In this document: piece by piece, positions 19,569 to 29,928 of the stretch | Numbering within the stretch: position 1 is the stretch's first letter | How the letters are laid out: each line of letters starts with the position of its first letter | Assembly: GCA_944331955.1 (NCBI GenBank) | Contig: CALVIY010000004.1 | Coordinates: forward strand, 1 to 63,257 | DNA: 63,257 bases | Origin: an uncultured Bacilli bacterium | Lineage (GTDB): Bacteria > Bacillota_I > Bacilli_A > RF39 > UBA660 | Direction of reading: 5' to 3' | Made by a program: the position numbers and the translations under genes | The notes under the pieces: model-generated | The model's input: only the letters and a program-made list of their open reading frames with translations | Databases searched by the model: none | What the model was told of the DNA's origin: nothing

Positions 19569-19925
19569 CTATCTATAAATTCTCTCTATCATTTTTTCAT
19601 AATATTTATCGTTATTTCTTTCAAAAGTAGGAACTAAATGAGGTTGTGGAGGAGTTAATTTTGTTCCTTCTTCAACCATTCGTCCATAGTATTTACCCCA
19701 TCCTACTTCTACTTCGTTAGCTTTTATCTCGTAACAAAAGCTATCAACTAAATGAGTATAACCACTACCAGTTATTTTTGAATAAGGTTTGGTTAATTTC
19801 AACAAATCTTTAACAAGTTCTTTAGCACCAACTTCTAATATCTCAGTTGGTTTTTCTACATTTTTAATTAAAGAATCTAATTCATCAATTAAAGAAGTAA
19901 AACCATCATAGGCTTGAACAGACAT
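19569..19925 (-). CDS. HK97 gp10-like neck protein
   Basis: VGWGKYYGRMVEEGT...PQPHLVP motif. Confidence 0.75.
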   Translation of the reverse strand: MSVQAYDGFTSLIDELDSLIKNVEKPTEILEVGAKELVKDLLKLTKPYSKITGSGYTHLVDSFCYEIKANEVEVGWGKYYGRMVEEGTKLTPPQPHLVPTFERNNDKYYEKMIERIYR

Positions 19926-20250
19926 CTTCTATTACCTCTACTGCAAAATATGAATGCCATTCCCTCTTATCTTTTATATATTCAATAGAAATTCTAGGAT
20001 GTATATCAGAATCATTTAAGAGCTTTTTCAACTCCATTAATTTAGGATCACGAGGCTCTAATGATCTAAAAGATACTTGATAATGAACAATACCATCATA
20101 TTTCTTTCCAGATGCTAATATATCTTCCCATAAATATTCAAAATAAACTATTCTGGGATATGAATCATTTTTTTCCATATATTGAATACCTTCATTATAA
20201 GTAATTTCAAGTTTTTTAAATAAGTTCTCTAATTCACTTTTTGTCATCAT
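19906..20250 (-). CDS. Tail terminator-like protein; start corrected
   Basis: GGAGG RBS before ATG at 20250; YPRIVYFE motif; module position. Confidence 0.65.
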   Translation of the reverse strand: MMTKSELENLFKKLEITYNEGIQYMEKNDSYPRIVYFEYLWEDILASGKKYDGIVHYQVSFRSLEPRDPKLMELKKLLNDSDIHPRISIEYIKDKREWHSYFAVEVIEDVCSSL

Positions 20251-20620
20251 TATCCTCCATAATTTTAGGCGATGGATATTCTTGTAATGTAATGTCACTT
20301 TGTAAATATCCCTCTTTATTTTTAAAATGATATATATTAAAGACTTGATAATATTCATCATCTATTTTTAGAACATTTTCTGATGTTATAGACTTATCCT
20401 GAGCAATTCTAATCTTATACTTTATCTTTCTATCTCTTTTATCATTTTCAAATGCTATATCATCTGTTAATGATAATTCATCATAGAAAAAATCATCAGG
20501 ATAAAGTTGTTTGATTCTTTCAAAAGGAAATGCATCATCATCTTGCTCTATTTTAAATAATTTAAAAGAACCATCATTATATACTGGTATCGACGTTATA
20601 CTTAACTTGAAGTTTGACAT
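20234..20620 (-). CDS. Head closure protein; start corrected
   Basis: GGCGGA RBS before ATG at 20620; module position. Confidence 0.65.
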   Translation of the reverse strand: MSNFKLSITSIPVYNDGSFKLFKIEQDDDAFPFERIKQLYPDDFFYDELSLTDDIAFENDKRDRKIKYKIRIAQDKSITSENVLKIDDEYYQVFNIYHFKNKEGYLQSDITLQEYPSPKIMEDNDDKK

Positions 20621-20870
20621 AATCCGCCATATATAATTCTTTAAATTCTGCTGTTCTTTTATGATTAGCATATAAAACATAATTTTTTAATAAAGCTCTA
20701 GCTTCTAAATCTTCATCATAGTTAATCATACAGCCAACAGAATCATTGATATTATACATACCTTCCTTAACATAATTTATAAAATTATCATCTGGTAGTT
20801 TAGGTGAAATTGACTGTTCTTTTCTAACTTCTTTAACAATATTCTCTACACATTTATTATCAAAAGTCAT
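20577..20870 (-). CDS. Head-tail connector / adaptor
   Basis: LLKNYVLYA...EF...Y pattern; module position. Confidence 0.7.
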   Translation of the reverse strand: MTFDNKCVENIVKEVRKEQSISPKLPDDNFINYVKEGMYNINDSVGCMINYDEDLEARALLKNYVLYANHKRTAEFKELYMADYVKLQVKYNVDTSI

Positions 20871-21238
20871 TATTCTTCAGAACTTTCTTTTTCAGCTATC
20901 AAACTTGTTAATTCTTCTAATGTAATATCATCATTAAAGTCTATTTTTAATTTTTTGGCTTTCTTCTTTAACTTTTCAAGTTCAGTTGTATTTACTACAT
21001 TTAATATATAACTTCTTAAATCAATTCCCTCAATTGTTGCATACTCAATTAATTGTGAATCTGTTAAATCACCTATATTAGCTTCTTTAATTAATGATTT
21101 CTTTAATTTATTATTAGAACCCATTAATTCATCTAATCTTTCTTGATCAACTTTTTTCTTCTTATATGGATAAATAGCATCTTTTTCGTATAAATGATTA
21201 TCCTTTAAATCTTTAAATTTATTTATAACTACATACAT
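20870..21238 (-). CDS. Head-associated hypothetical protein
   Basis: YVVINKFKD...YEKDAIYP...RLDEL...NK pattern common after capsid genes. Confidence 0.6.
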   Translation of the reverse strand: MYVVINKFKDLKDNHLYEKDAIYPYKKKKVDQERLDELMGSNNKLKKSLIKEANIGDLTDSQLIEYATIEGIDLRSYILNVVNTTELEKLKKKAKKLKIDFNDDITLEELTSLIAEKESSEE

Positions 21239-21278
21239 TTTGATTTTTCTCCTTTCTCATTAAATAAAGAGAGGAGCA

Positions 21279-22451
21279 TTAAGCTCCTACATCTTCTTCT
21301 GTATTTTCACTTGTTGGTAATGATACAACTGTTGCTAATGTTTTAATAGTTGGAACATATTCTTCTAGTTTAGTTACATCAAAAATATATGCAACATTAT
21401 CAGCTGTTGCTCTACCATTAGCATAAACTTTTCCGACGATTAAATCAGCATCATCAGTTGCTAAAGTTTCTTTGTATTCATTAATTTTAACTTCAGTAAT
21501 ACCCATTGTATATTTACCTTCAAGAGTTAAAGCTGCTTTACCTTTAGGGTTTTCTGTACATGGTATAACTTCTATATTTTTAAATGAAGAAACTAAATTA
21601 CCTTCTGCATCATAAATAGCAGGTGCTACATAATTAGCTTCATCTTCTGGATTACAAATGACATATATTTTATTAACTGATCTTTTACCTTTATTACTTA
21701 AATATACTTTAGCTGGTGCTAAACCTTTAGGTGTAAACTTAGTTAAATCTGTATTAACAGTTTTATCTTGATGAGTGCCATCATCATTAGTTTTATCAAT
21801 TTGCTTATAAATTCCAATTGGTTGCTCTTTACCAGTTCCTTGTAAATAACCATAAGCTATACCATCTCTTAAAGCTTCTGATAAAATAGCCATAAAATAT
21901 TTATCAATAAATTGATAGCTTAGTTCTCTAATTGCTTTTGGAATTATTAAATAAGCATCTAATTTACCTAAATCAGTTACTAAACCTTTTACGTTAGCAC
22001 TTAATGCACCCTTTAATTCTTCTGTTAACCCAGACCAAGAATATGCACCTGTTCTTTCTGCTGTAATCCATCTCTTAACTCCAGCAGGTGTAAAAGTAAT
22101 TAGTTTTAATACTGGCTCTGTTGCTTTTACATTTTCTAATGTTAAATCAACAATTGATGTTGGAATTAAATCAATTTGTGCACCAGTAATAGCTTGTTTA
22201 ATATCTTTGAATTTTTCATAGAAGCTCTCTTCTTCTTTGCTTAAAACACGTAAACCTAATTTACTTGCGTAATCGCTATCAGAATTAGCTTTTATAGCTT
22301 GAGCTTGAATCTCTTCAATTAAATCTTTATTTTTTTCACTTGCAAACATATCAACTACATCAGCAATTGCTGTAGCTTTATCTTCGCTTTCATTTAGCAT
22401 TGTTATTGCTTTTTGTTTTAATTCATTAAATTTCTTATCATTTAATACCAT
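21279..22451 (-). CDS. Major capsid protein (HK97 fold)
   Basis: 390 aa; GTGKEQPIGI motif; follows the protease. Confidence 0.9.
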   Translation of the reverse strand: MVLNDKKFNELKQKAITMLNESEDKATAIADVVDMFASEKNKDLIEEIQAQAIKANSDSDYASKLGLRVLSKEEESFYEKFKDIKQAITGAQIDLIPTSIVDLTLENVKATEPVLKLITFTPAGVKRWITAERTGAYSWSGLTEELKGALSANVKGLVTDLGKLDAYLIIPKAIRELSYQFIDKYFMAILSEALRDGIAYGYLQGTGKEQPIGIYKQIDKTNDDGTHQDKTVNTDLTKFTPKGLAPAKVYLSNKGKRSVNKIYVICNPEDEANYVAPAIYDAEGNLVSSFKNIEVIPCTENPKGKAALTLEGKYTMGITEVKINEYKETLATDDADLIVGKVYANGRATADNVAYIFDVTKLEEYVPTIKTLATVVSLPTSENTEEDVGA

Positions 22452-22471
22452 ATTTTTTTACCTTCTTTCTT

Positions 22472-23206
22472 TTATAAATTTAAAAAAGACTTCCAAGAGT
22501 CTTTAGTTTCTTTAGTAGTATTAGTCATTGTTAAGTTTTCAACTTCTTTTTTCAACTTAAAATTCTCATTAACTAGATTTCTTATATAAGAATTAATATC
22601 TTTAATTGACTGTTCTGCATCATTTTCACTTTGAATTGATGTAGCAAAGCCTTTTTCAAATGCAAGTTTATAGTCCATCCAAGTTTCTTTATCCATCATT
22701 GCTTTTACTTCTTCTTCAGATAAACCTGTTTTAGACACATAAATATTTACACTTGGTTTAGTAATAATTTCTAGATCATCAGCAGCCTTTCTCAAATCAT
22801 TTGAATCACCTGTTGCTTCCATCCAAGCATTATGGATCATAATTAACCCACTTTTTGGCATAATTCTTTCTTTTCCAGCCATAAAAATAACACTTGCAGC
22901 ACTACAAGCGAATCCATCAACTTGAGTAATAAGATTGCCTGGGAAATCAGATAATAAACTATAAATTGCTAATCCCTCTGATACACTACCTCCCATTGAA
23001 TTAATTCTAACCAAGAGATTAGGTGTATCAACTTCCTTTAAAGCATCTTTAAAGCTATAAGCATCTACTCTTGTTTCATCATCAAGATCAAGCCACCTTT
23101 CAATTAAATCAGGCTTTCTAATATCTCCATAAATGTATAATTCTGTTACTGTATCATCTAATTTCACAAATTGAAAATATTTATTCTTCTCCCTCATTCC
23201 CATCAC
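22472..23206 (-). CDS. ClpP-like prohead protease
   Basis: INSMGG, ACSAAS, MIHNAW and ETWM motifs. Confidence 0.9.
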   Translation of the reverse strand: MMGMREKNKYFQFVKLDDTVTELYIYGDIRKPDLIERWLDLDDETRVDAYSFKDALKEVDTPNLLVRINSMGGSVSEGLAIYSLLSDFPGNLITQVDGFACSAASVIFMAGKERIMPKSGLIMIHNAWMEATGDSNDLRKAADDLEIITKPSVNIYVSKTGLSEEEVKAMMDKETWMDYKLAFEKGFATSIQSENDAEQSIKDINSYIRNLVNENFKLKKEVENLTMTNTTKETKDSWKSFLNL

Positions 23207-24389
23207 CTCCTTCCAAAGCTATTTCAGCATTTTGATAATTTTTAGTAATGTAATGTTTGTCAGCCCATTCTTCATCAGTCTTTGGTAAACCAATAAATTC
23301 GTTAATCTCATTATGGCTATAACCATTAGAGAATAGTTTATCCATACTAGAAGCACTTTCTAAAATGTCTAAATGCTTCATATTGAATCTATTTATTTTT
23401 ATTCTCTCACCCTTTAAATAGTTATCAACACCAATAATTTTGGCATTAAGACTATCTTCTATAATTTGTAAATGAGGTATTATTCCAAATGTAATAAAAT
23501 CATTTGTAGATGTTGATTTATCTGTTTTATTACCATAAAAAATATCAAGTGGAATATTATAACTCATAGCAACCTTATCTGACCATTTCTTTTCTAATTT
23601 GGACCACTCATCTGATGTTGTTCCTTGGCCAAAATCAATTTTTTCAAGACCAAAAGTCTCAGATAATAGTACAATTGCATCTTCTTCATCAAATAAGCCG
23701 CGAGTTATCTTGTTCTTATATTCTTCATAAGTCATTTCTTCATTAGTGGTTGGATCCTTTAATTTTGGCTGTGTACCAGGCAATTTTAATCGAAACTTAT
23801 GAAGGTTATTTAATTTGTAATGAGAACTAGCGATTCCTAACAAACTTCCTAACTCCCTATAATAATTATCCAATGTTTCCTTTACTTTAGAAGATTTTAA
23901 ACTCAAGTGAATAACATCTTCTTCTGAAAAAGTCTTCTTCAGTATAATAGTATTACCTTGATCATCACTAATTTGCACATTAGAATATGTTTTAGGAAGT
24001 AATATATTTCGACTTGCTATAAAACTATCTGCCAAATATAAATCATTATTTAAACAAACAACCAAAGCCTCTTCTTCTTCTAAATACTTTTTTATTACTT
24101 TATAAAAAAATGAGGTCCCAGTCTCATTTATATTAGGTCTAATATTTAATTTGTAATATTCTAAATCATTTTCTTCTTTTTGGACTTTAGCAGTTTTTGG
24201 ATTTAATCTATAAACTTGTATTTCTGATTTAGAAATTGTTTTAGCAATTATATCTATAGCATGTTCTATAGCATGTCTTTTAATTTCTAATTGTTTCTTT
24301 TTAGCAGAAAATATTGCACTAATAAATTCTTCCATTTTTTTATTATCAGTTTTACCAAAAAGTCGTTCTATTAATCCCAAGTCTTTCAC
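23181..24389 (-). CDS. Portal protein (HK97 family)
   Basis: PNINETG...F and NEINEFIG motifs; position after terL. Confidence 0.85.
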   Translation of the reverse strand: MKDLGLIERLFGKTDNKKMEEFISAIFSAKKKQLEIKRHAIEHAIDIIAKTISKSEIQVYRLNPKTAKVQKEENDLEYYKLNIRPNINETGTSFFYKVIKKYLEEEEALVVCLNNDLYLADSFIASRNILLPKTYSNVQISDDQGNTIILKKTFSEEDVIHLSLKSSKVKETLDNYYRELGSLLGIASSHYKLNNLHKFRLKLPGTQPKLKDPTTNEEMTYEEYKNKITRGLFDEEDAIVLLSETFGLEKIDFGQGTTSDEWSKLEKKWSDKVAMSYNIPLDIFYGNKTDKSTSTNDFITFGIIPHLQIIEDSLNAKIIGVDNYLKGERIKINRFNMKHLDILESASSMDKLFSNGYSHNEINEFIGLPKTDEEWADKHYITKNYQNAEIALEGGDGNEGEE

Positions 24390-24398
24390 CTCCTTGTA

Positions 24399-26069
24399 TT
24401 AAACATAAACGTACTCTACTGTTTCTTCTAATAATTCTTCTCCACTTAATGCACATATCATAGCCATAAATGGATCATTTTTTCTTAATTTAGGCTCTAC
24501 TTTTTCAAAATACATATTGCCATCTTTCCTTGTTTTCAAACAAGTGTTATTGATAGACCAACGCATAATTGCACTATCACCAATATTCAAATTATTATTT
24601 TCAAATAATACTTCAAGTTTAGGAGCAACTATTGAAGCTATAGATGCAGGATATCTTATCATCCTAATTAAACCACTTTTATTATCTTTAGTTTCTACTG
24701 ATATTCCAGCACTTTCAAAAGTTTTCTTAATAAGTTGATACCTATAATTATCTAAAATAATCTTTTTTATATCATAATTATTAAAATATTCAAGTGCCCA
24801 ATTAACAATAACACTCTCATCTATTGATGGCGTATCTACTACAATAAAATCTTCAAAGCCTTTTTGACCAGCATTATCAAAAGGGAATTTTATATCTTTA
24901 TAAAATTTATTAGAAGAACAAATTACTGTTTTTTGTCTCCAACATAATTCGTCTCCATTTTTTGTTAGAACACCAACAGATGCAAAGTCTCTAAGAGATG
25001 CAAAATCAATTCCAATTATAGCTGGTTGATTTTTCTTTGGAATATAATCTCTTGGTATTTTATTTTCAACATCTTTATAAGATGCTTTTAATATGTTAGC
25101 CCAAGAAGTTATGATTAGATCATCTCTTTCTGCAGGCAGATTCATTCGTTTACTTAAAAATTCACTTCTTTTTGAAGGCCTACTTTTTTGCTCTATCCAG
25201 TCTATCATAATTGCATCTTGAAGTTCTGGAAGAAATGGTAATGAAGGATTAGCCTTTTCCCAAAGATTAGGATTATCAACTTCTTCTAAACTATCCATCT
25301 TACATAAAAAAGGAAAATATCTTAGTTCATTTTTACCTGTTTTTAATATTTGCTGACATGTCTCTAACAATTCATCTAATGGTCCGCCTCTCACATCACC
25401 ATTTGAAGTAATAATAAAAATGCGACCATGTTTTACTTTGCCTAAACCGCCTTGATAAACTTTAATATTCTTATCAGTTAAATAAGCATGATATTCGTTA
25501 AAAAGAATTGCTCCACTTTTTTTACCATCTTTGGTAGCAGCATTGGAAGTATTAAACCTAAATTTAGCTTTTGTAATTCTATTAACAAAATATTCTTTAT
25601 TCCAATAAAAATACTTTTTCATTAAATCTTTATTATTTTCTAAAACATTATAAGCAACATCATAAGTATCATTAGCTTGATCTTCAGAAGTTGCCACAAT
25701 ATCAATGTTATATTTTTCTACACCATAATATTGAGTAGTTAAAAAATGAAGTAATGGAACAATAAATCCATCCTTACCATTACCTCTACCTTCAAGAATA
25801 ATAAATGTTCTAAAGACTGGTATATCATTTTTATACATAAACACAAAAGCATATACAAACTTTTGATATGGAAATAAAGGATAATACCATCTTTCAACAA
25901 ATCTAATACACTTATAATAAGTTTCTTCATCAAAGAATATATCATCTCTTACTAAAGTAGGCTTAACAATATTCTCAATTAATAATTTTCTTTCATTGTT
26001 AAAGACATTTGGACATTTATTATAATACTCTAAATAATTATTAATCTCCTTACAACAAATCATCTTCAT
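24399..26069 (-). CDS. terL: Terminase large subunit
   Basis: GRGNGKD Walker A, LFNEYH Walker B, GIDFA nuclease motif. Confidence 0.9.
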   Translation of the reverse strand: MKMICCKEINNYLEYYNKCPNVFNNERKLLIENIVKPTLVRDDIFFDEETYYKCIRFVERWYYPLFPYQKFVYAFVFMYKNDIPVFRTFIILEGRGNGKDGFIVPLLHFLTTQYYGVEKYNIDIVATSEDQANDTYDVAYNVLENNKDLMKKYFYWNKEYFVNRITKAKFRFNTSNAATKDGKKSGAILFNEYHAYLTDKNIKVYQGGLGKVKHGRIFIITSNGDVRGGPLDELLETCQQILKTGKNELRYFPFLCKMDSLEEVDNPNLWEKANPSLPFLPELQDAIMIDWIEQKSRPSKRSEFLSKRMNLPAERDDLIITSWANILKASYKDVENKIPRDYIPKKNQPAIIGIDFASLRDFASVGVLTKNGDELCWRQKTVICSSNKFYKDIKFPFDNAGQKGFEDFIVVDTPSIDESVIVNWALEYFNNYDIKKIILDNYRYQLIKKTFESAGISVETKDNKSGLIRMIRYPASIASIVAPKLEVLFENNNLNIGDSAIMRWSINNTCLKTRKDGNMYFEKVEPKLRKNDPFMAMICALSGEELLEETVEYVYV

Positions 26070-26439
26070 CAGGACCAGTCTCTTGATTATTTTTCTCTGT
26101 TGGTGGTTTTATAAATGGCTGGTTAATACCTAAATCATTAAGTATTTTTAGCATAATCTGTTCTACCTTAATAAGACTGCTTACAGACTCATTAGCCTTT
26201 TCTTGCTCTTTACCATTACCATTTGTAAAAGTATATCTTACACCTTTTTCTTGAATATCTTCCTTTAAAGCATCCCTAATTGTTAGTAAAGAGAGATAAT
26301 CATTAACCAAATCATCATAAAATTTACCAAATTTTGATAAAGATGCTAACTGCTCGTTAATATCTTCCGCAATTAATGATATGTCCTTTTCTGTTACTTT
26401 CTTTATTGTTTTAGAATATTTCTTTACCTTGGAAGCCAC
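26050..26439 (-). CDS. terS: Terminase small subunit (P27-like)
   Basis: DIQEKGV...NGKEQ...N motif; directly upstream of terL. Confidence 0.85.
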   Translation of the reverse strand: MASKVKKYSKTIKKVTEKDISLIAEDINEQLASLSKFGKFYDDLVNDYLSLLTIRDALKEDIQEKGVRYTFTNGNGKEQEKANESVSSLIKVEQIMLKILNDLGINQPFIKPPTEKNNQETGPDEDDLL

Positions 26440-26460
26440 ACAATAATCACCACCTATCTA

Positions 26461-26560
26461 CCCCCTTCCACGCACGCGTACGCGTGAGGACTTATTTAGT
26501 CGTTAACCACACACCCGCTAGCCTTAAGCAAATTAAATGCTTAGTTTTTGATGGGGGGAG
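26461..26560. other. Probable cos/packaging-site region
   Basis: GC-rich intergenic island between HNH and terS with perfect palindrome CACGCGTACGCGTG (26473-26486) and a G6 run. Confidence 0.55.
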
Positions 26561-26594
26561 TTTTTTCTAGAAAAGAAAAGAATATTTTATTTTT

Positions 26595-26960
26595 TTACCA
26601 CTTTTCTTCTGTTAAAGGCTTCTTTTTCTTTTTAAAACGAAACCTTGCCCTATCTTCTATTATCTCATGGGCAACGAAAGATAGTGCTACACCATTATCT
26701 ACATCTAAACATAAATCTGGTCTTTCTTTAATAGCTTTCTTATGATGAGCAGTTGTGGCACGAACAGGTTTTATAACATTAGGTTTATGGATGCCATCAT
26801 CCCATTTACCAGCAAAGAATTGACACTCATAATGATCTCTTTCTAATACCTTCTCTCTCCAAATATCGTAATCTGTTGAGTTATAGAAAGCATCAGTATT
26901 ACCCTTTGCTATTTCCTTTGGCCAGTCATAATATTTTCTTCTCTTTCTTCTTTTCTTCAT
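26595..26960 (-). CDS. Terminase-associated HNH-like endonuclease
   Basis: FYNS..W...VLERDHYECQ...AHHKK...L...H pattern. Confidence 0.8.
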   Translation of the reverse strand: MKKRRKRRKYYDWPKEIAKGNTDAFYNSTDYDIWREKVLERDHYECQFFAGKWDDGIHKPNVIKPVRATTAHHKKAIKERPDLCLDVDNGVALSFVAHEIIEDRARFRFKKKKKPLTEEKW

Positions 26961-27093
26961 CTTTTCCTTCCTACAACAAAAAAGAGAGACATAATCTCCC
27001 TCAGTGAATATTTAAAATAAATTCACTATACAAATTATAATATACTCTTTTTCACATTAAAATAGCGGTCATTTTCAAACGATTTTCATTTTG

Positions 27094-27642
27094 TCAATAC
27101 CCTAATAGGTTATATAAATAATCGTTCGGAAATATGTATTTCTGAAGCTCTTTTACTAGTCTGTATTTATTATTCGCTATTGTGGTAGGTGCTGTTGGCC
27201 TAGATGTTTTCTTCTTTTGATCATATAGTTCAGCAATTTGTTCATGAGTCTTATTCTCAAAATAGTATAACTTAATTACTGAAATATAAGGATCATCTTT
27301 AAACTTATTTAATATTCTATCTATAAACTTTATAATAACTTCTGTTTTATAAATATCCTTGTTGAGATTTTTAATAGACTGTTCAATTATATCATCAGCA
27401 TCTTGCCTAAAACTATTAGTTGAAATAGATGTTATAGATTTAGATTTATTAGGTATGCCATAATCTTTAAGTTCTTTTATCTGTTCTTTTCTTTCAACAA
27501 TAGTATCCTTAAGTTTAGGGTAATCATATAATATTCTTTCAGTATTTTTATAAGTTGAATAATTCTTTTTTATAATAGACCTTTTTTCTAATTCATCAAT
27601 AACAATACCAACTATTTCTTTATTATTTATTTTACTATCCAT
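27094..27642 (-). CDS. Late transcriptional activator (RinA/ArpU-like)
   Basis: Position before HNH; C-terminal KLYYFENKTHEQIAE sigma4-like helix. Confidence 0.65.
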   Translation of the reverse strand: MDSKINNKEIVGIVIDELEKRSIIKKNYSTYKNTERILYDYPKLKDTIVERKEQIKELKDYGIPNKSKSITSISTNSFRQDADDIIEQSIKNLNKDIYKTEVIIKFIDRILNKFKDDPYISVIKLYYFENKTHEQIAELYDQKKKTSRPTAPTTIANNKYRLVKELQKYIFPNDYLYNLLGY

Positions 27643-27663
27643 ACACCCTCCATATCTTTATAT

Positions 27664-27969
27664 TTAATTATTATCTTGTTCATTAAATAATCCATAACCA
27701 TACAATGTATTCATTAAACCAGTACCTATATCTTCATTATTAAAAAGTTTCTTTATCGCTCTCCTTAAATTTTTATTTTCCATTTCTAGCCTTTCCAATT
27801 TCTTACTATTACCTATTCTTCCAGAACAGTCAGTTCTTTCACAATATTGTTTTTTTAATTCTTTAATCTCTCTTTCTTTTTCCATTAGCAAATTAATAAA
27901 TTGAACTCTTCCAAAGTCTTTAGTTTTCTCATATAATTCATCAAATAATAATTCATTGTCATCTAACAT
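27664..27969 (-). CDS. Phage hypothetical protein
   Basis: GGAGG RBS, co-oriented. Confidence 0.6.
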   Translation of the reverse strand: MLDDNELLFDELYEKTKDFGRVQFINLLMEKEREIKELKKQYCERTDCSGRIGNSKKLERLEMENKNLRRAIKKLFNNEDIGTGLMNTLYGYGLFNEQDNN

Positions 27970-27981
27970 TTAAAATACCTC

Positions 27982-28077
27982 CTATTTTCTATTTTTCCTT
28001 TCTGCTATAAAATAAACAATTGCTATAATTATTATTAATGGTACAACCAAGACTAAAGCTATAGTTAGTTGGTCCAT
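27982..28077 (-). CDS. 31-aa single-TM peptide, not in ORF track
   Basis: MDQLTIALVLVVPLIIIIAIVYFIAERKNRK*. Confidence 0.5.
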   Translation of the reverse strand: MDQLTIALVLVVPLIIIIAIVYFIAERKNRK

Positions 28078-28127
28078 ATAAGTTAATTCTGCTTGTGGTG
28101 TATTAAACAAATCTATTATCTTATCCA

Positions 28128-28415
28128 TTATTCTACCCCTTTTAAAATATTTAATAAACTATTCATATCAGCACAGTTCATACCACAATTGAATCTAAGA
28201 AAATCTTCAACATGTTCTATTGATTTATCAATTGTTTCTTTGTATTTACTAGCAACTTTTTCTCTTGAACTAACTTGTATTCTTAGTTCTTGATTTTCAT
28301 TTTTTAATTGTGAATATTCTTTGTAAAAATCTCTTATCTTTCCTAAATGTATTATCATTTCTTGTTTGTTTTCATCAATAGAATATATTTCTATACCATT
28401 TCCATTTTTATTCAT
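28128..28415 (-). CDS. Phage hypothetical protein; start corrected
   Basis: GGAGG RBS before ATG at 28415. Confidence 0.55.
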   Translation of the reverse strand: MNKNGNGIEIYSIDENKQEMIIHLGKIRDFYKEYSQLKNENQELRIQVSSREKVASKYKETIDKSIEHVEDFLRFNCGMNCADMNSLLNILKGVE

Positions 28416-28638
28416 TACAAACCTCCTTATTGTAGAAATCAAATACAATAACCTGATCACATGATAATATAAACCATCTAACTTTGTCATAGTGTTTATC
28501 AAGAGCATCTATAAATTCTTGTGTGGCTTCTAAATCATAAAAAATAGCCTTTTTGCAATTATTAATTCTTATTTCAAAAGACATATTATGTAGTAAAGAA
28601 TCATCATAATTCCAAAATATATCTATTAAATCAATCAT
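28408..28638 (-). CDS. Phage hypothetical protein
   Basis: GGAGG RBS; overlaps neighbours. Confidence 0.55.
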   Translation of the reverse strand: MIDLIDIFWNYDDSLLHNMSFEIRINNCKKAIFYDLEATQEFIDALDKHYDKVRWFILSCDQVIVFDFYNKEVCNE

Positions 28639-28816
28639 TACAAACCTCCAAGTCTCTAGCTTCAGTTATAGAAATACTACTGCAATAATTATCCATTATT
28701 TCTTCTTTAATAACTTCTATTACTCCTGACTGTATAAAAGTATAAATAAATATAACCATTATTACTGCTACCAAAGTACATAGTGAACTTAATAATGCTA
28801 CTTGCCACTTTGCCAT
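28631..28816 (-). CDS. Small single-TM phage protein; start corrected
   Basis: GGAGG RBS before ATG at 28816. Confidence 0.55.
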   Translation of the reverse strand: MAKWQVALLSSLCTLVAVIMVIFIYTFIQSGVIEVIKEEIMDNYCSSISITEARDLEVCND

Positions 28817-28817
28817 T

Positions 28818-29117
28818 TTATCCTTCCTCCAACTTTCCAAATTCCTTTTCATAAGTTTCTATTTCATTAAGTTCAATTAATAATTCTTTTAATTCTTTTT
28901 TATCAATAATATCTAAATCATTTTTACTAGACCACCCTGTCTCTTTAGCTCTACCTATATATCTTAAATAAGTACCTTTCTGTGTTTTATAAATTTTTGC
29001 TTCATGTTTAACATAAGATGAACAAAACATTCTTGGATGTTCTACTATGGTAAAATAACTAACTAATATATCACAATTATCAGTATCATAAATTTTATTG
29101 TTTATTATTTTTTTCAT
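28818..29117 (-). CDS. Phage hypothetical protein
   Basis: MKKIINNKIYDT...IYKTQKGTY pattern common in gut phages; GGAGG RBS. Confidence 0.65.
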   Translation of the reverse strand: MKKIINNKIYDTDNCDILVSYFTIVEHPRMFCSSYVKHEAKIYKTQKGTYLRYIGRAKETGWSSKNDLDIIDKKELKELLIELNEIETYEKEFGKLEEG

Positions 29118-29164
29118 TTACTCCTCCTTAAAATAATCTTTTCTAACAAAAACAAATTCATCTG

Positions 29165-29320
29165 TTATTTTATTTTTATACGTTTATTATCTTTGTATCT
29201 ATATCTTGATAAATAACTTCTTAAGCAATTTTTGCTTATACCAAGATATGATGATAAATCATTATAATTATCAAACTGAGCTATTAATTCAAAAGCTTCA
29301 TTATATACTGATAAGGTCAT
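29165..29320 (-). CDS. Small HTH-like protein (51 aa), possibly truncated by a 1-nt deletion
   Basis: GGAGG RBS; LSSYLGIS..LRSYL; one extra base in the A run near 29175 would extend it to the stop at 29118. Confidence 0.45.
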   Translation of the reverse strand: MTLSVYNEAFELIAQFDNYNDLSSYLGISKNCLRSYLSRYRYKDNKRIKIK

Positions 29321-29490
29321 TTTTAACCTCCTTATCCTACGCAATATAACCTATTATTATATTGCATAATTCTAATTGCTATTTTTCCTTTATTCTATAA
29401 GTCTTAAATCTACATTTTCTTCTTAAAATACTTTTAATGTTTTTTGATTCGTTTTTTTTAATGGTATAATTGACCTCGAAAGGAGTTATT

Positions 29491-29655
29491 ATGGACCAAA
29501 AATATACCAAAGAACAGTTAGAACAAGAAGCCGATATTTTAGCAGGACAATTAATCAAATACCTATATTCTGCTAAAACTAAATCTCGGCCAGAAGTCCT
29601 AAAAAAACAAATCAAAGAAGATATTTATAAGTTCTTATTAAATCTATTTAAATAA
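29491..29655 (+). CDS. Counter-oriented small gene (moron-like), 54 aa
   Basis: TGgTATAAT extended -10 (29462-29470) and AAGGAG RBS before ATG at 29491. Confidence 0.6.
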   Translation: MDQKYTKEQLEQEADILAGQLIKYLYSAKTKSRPEVLKKQIKEDIYKFLLNLFK

Positions 29656-29928
29656 ATGATTAATACTTTTATATTTATCTTTTACTTCTTTCAAAGCAAT
29701 GTCTATTTCAGAAAACAAGTTATCTAGTTCTTCTGATGTCATTGCTTTTTTTAAATTAAATGTAATATATGAAAGATTATTAATAACGTGTTCTTTTTCA
29801 TTATCTAATTCTAATTGAAATGTAATATCAACATCATCTAACTCTTTAGTCAGTGACATTAGTGGATTTCCCATATATTGAATTTCAAATCCATTAGATT
29901 TTAATTCTTTAATTAATTTATTTTCCAT
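29644..29928 (-). CDS. Phage hypothetical protein
   Basis: ORF in the early operon. Confidence 0.55.
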   Translation of the reverse strand: MENKLIKELKSNGFEIQYMGNPLMSLTKELDDVDITFQLELDNEKEHVINNLSYITFNLKKAMTSEELDNLFSEIDIALKEVKDKYKSINHLFK

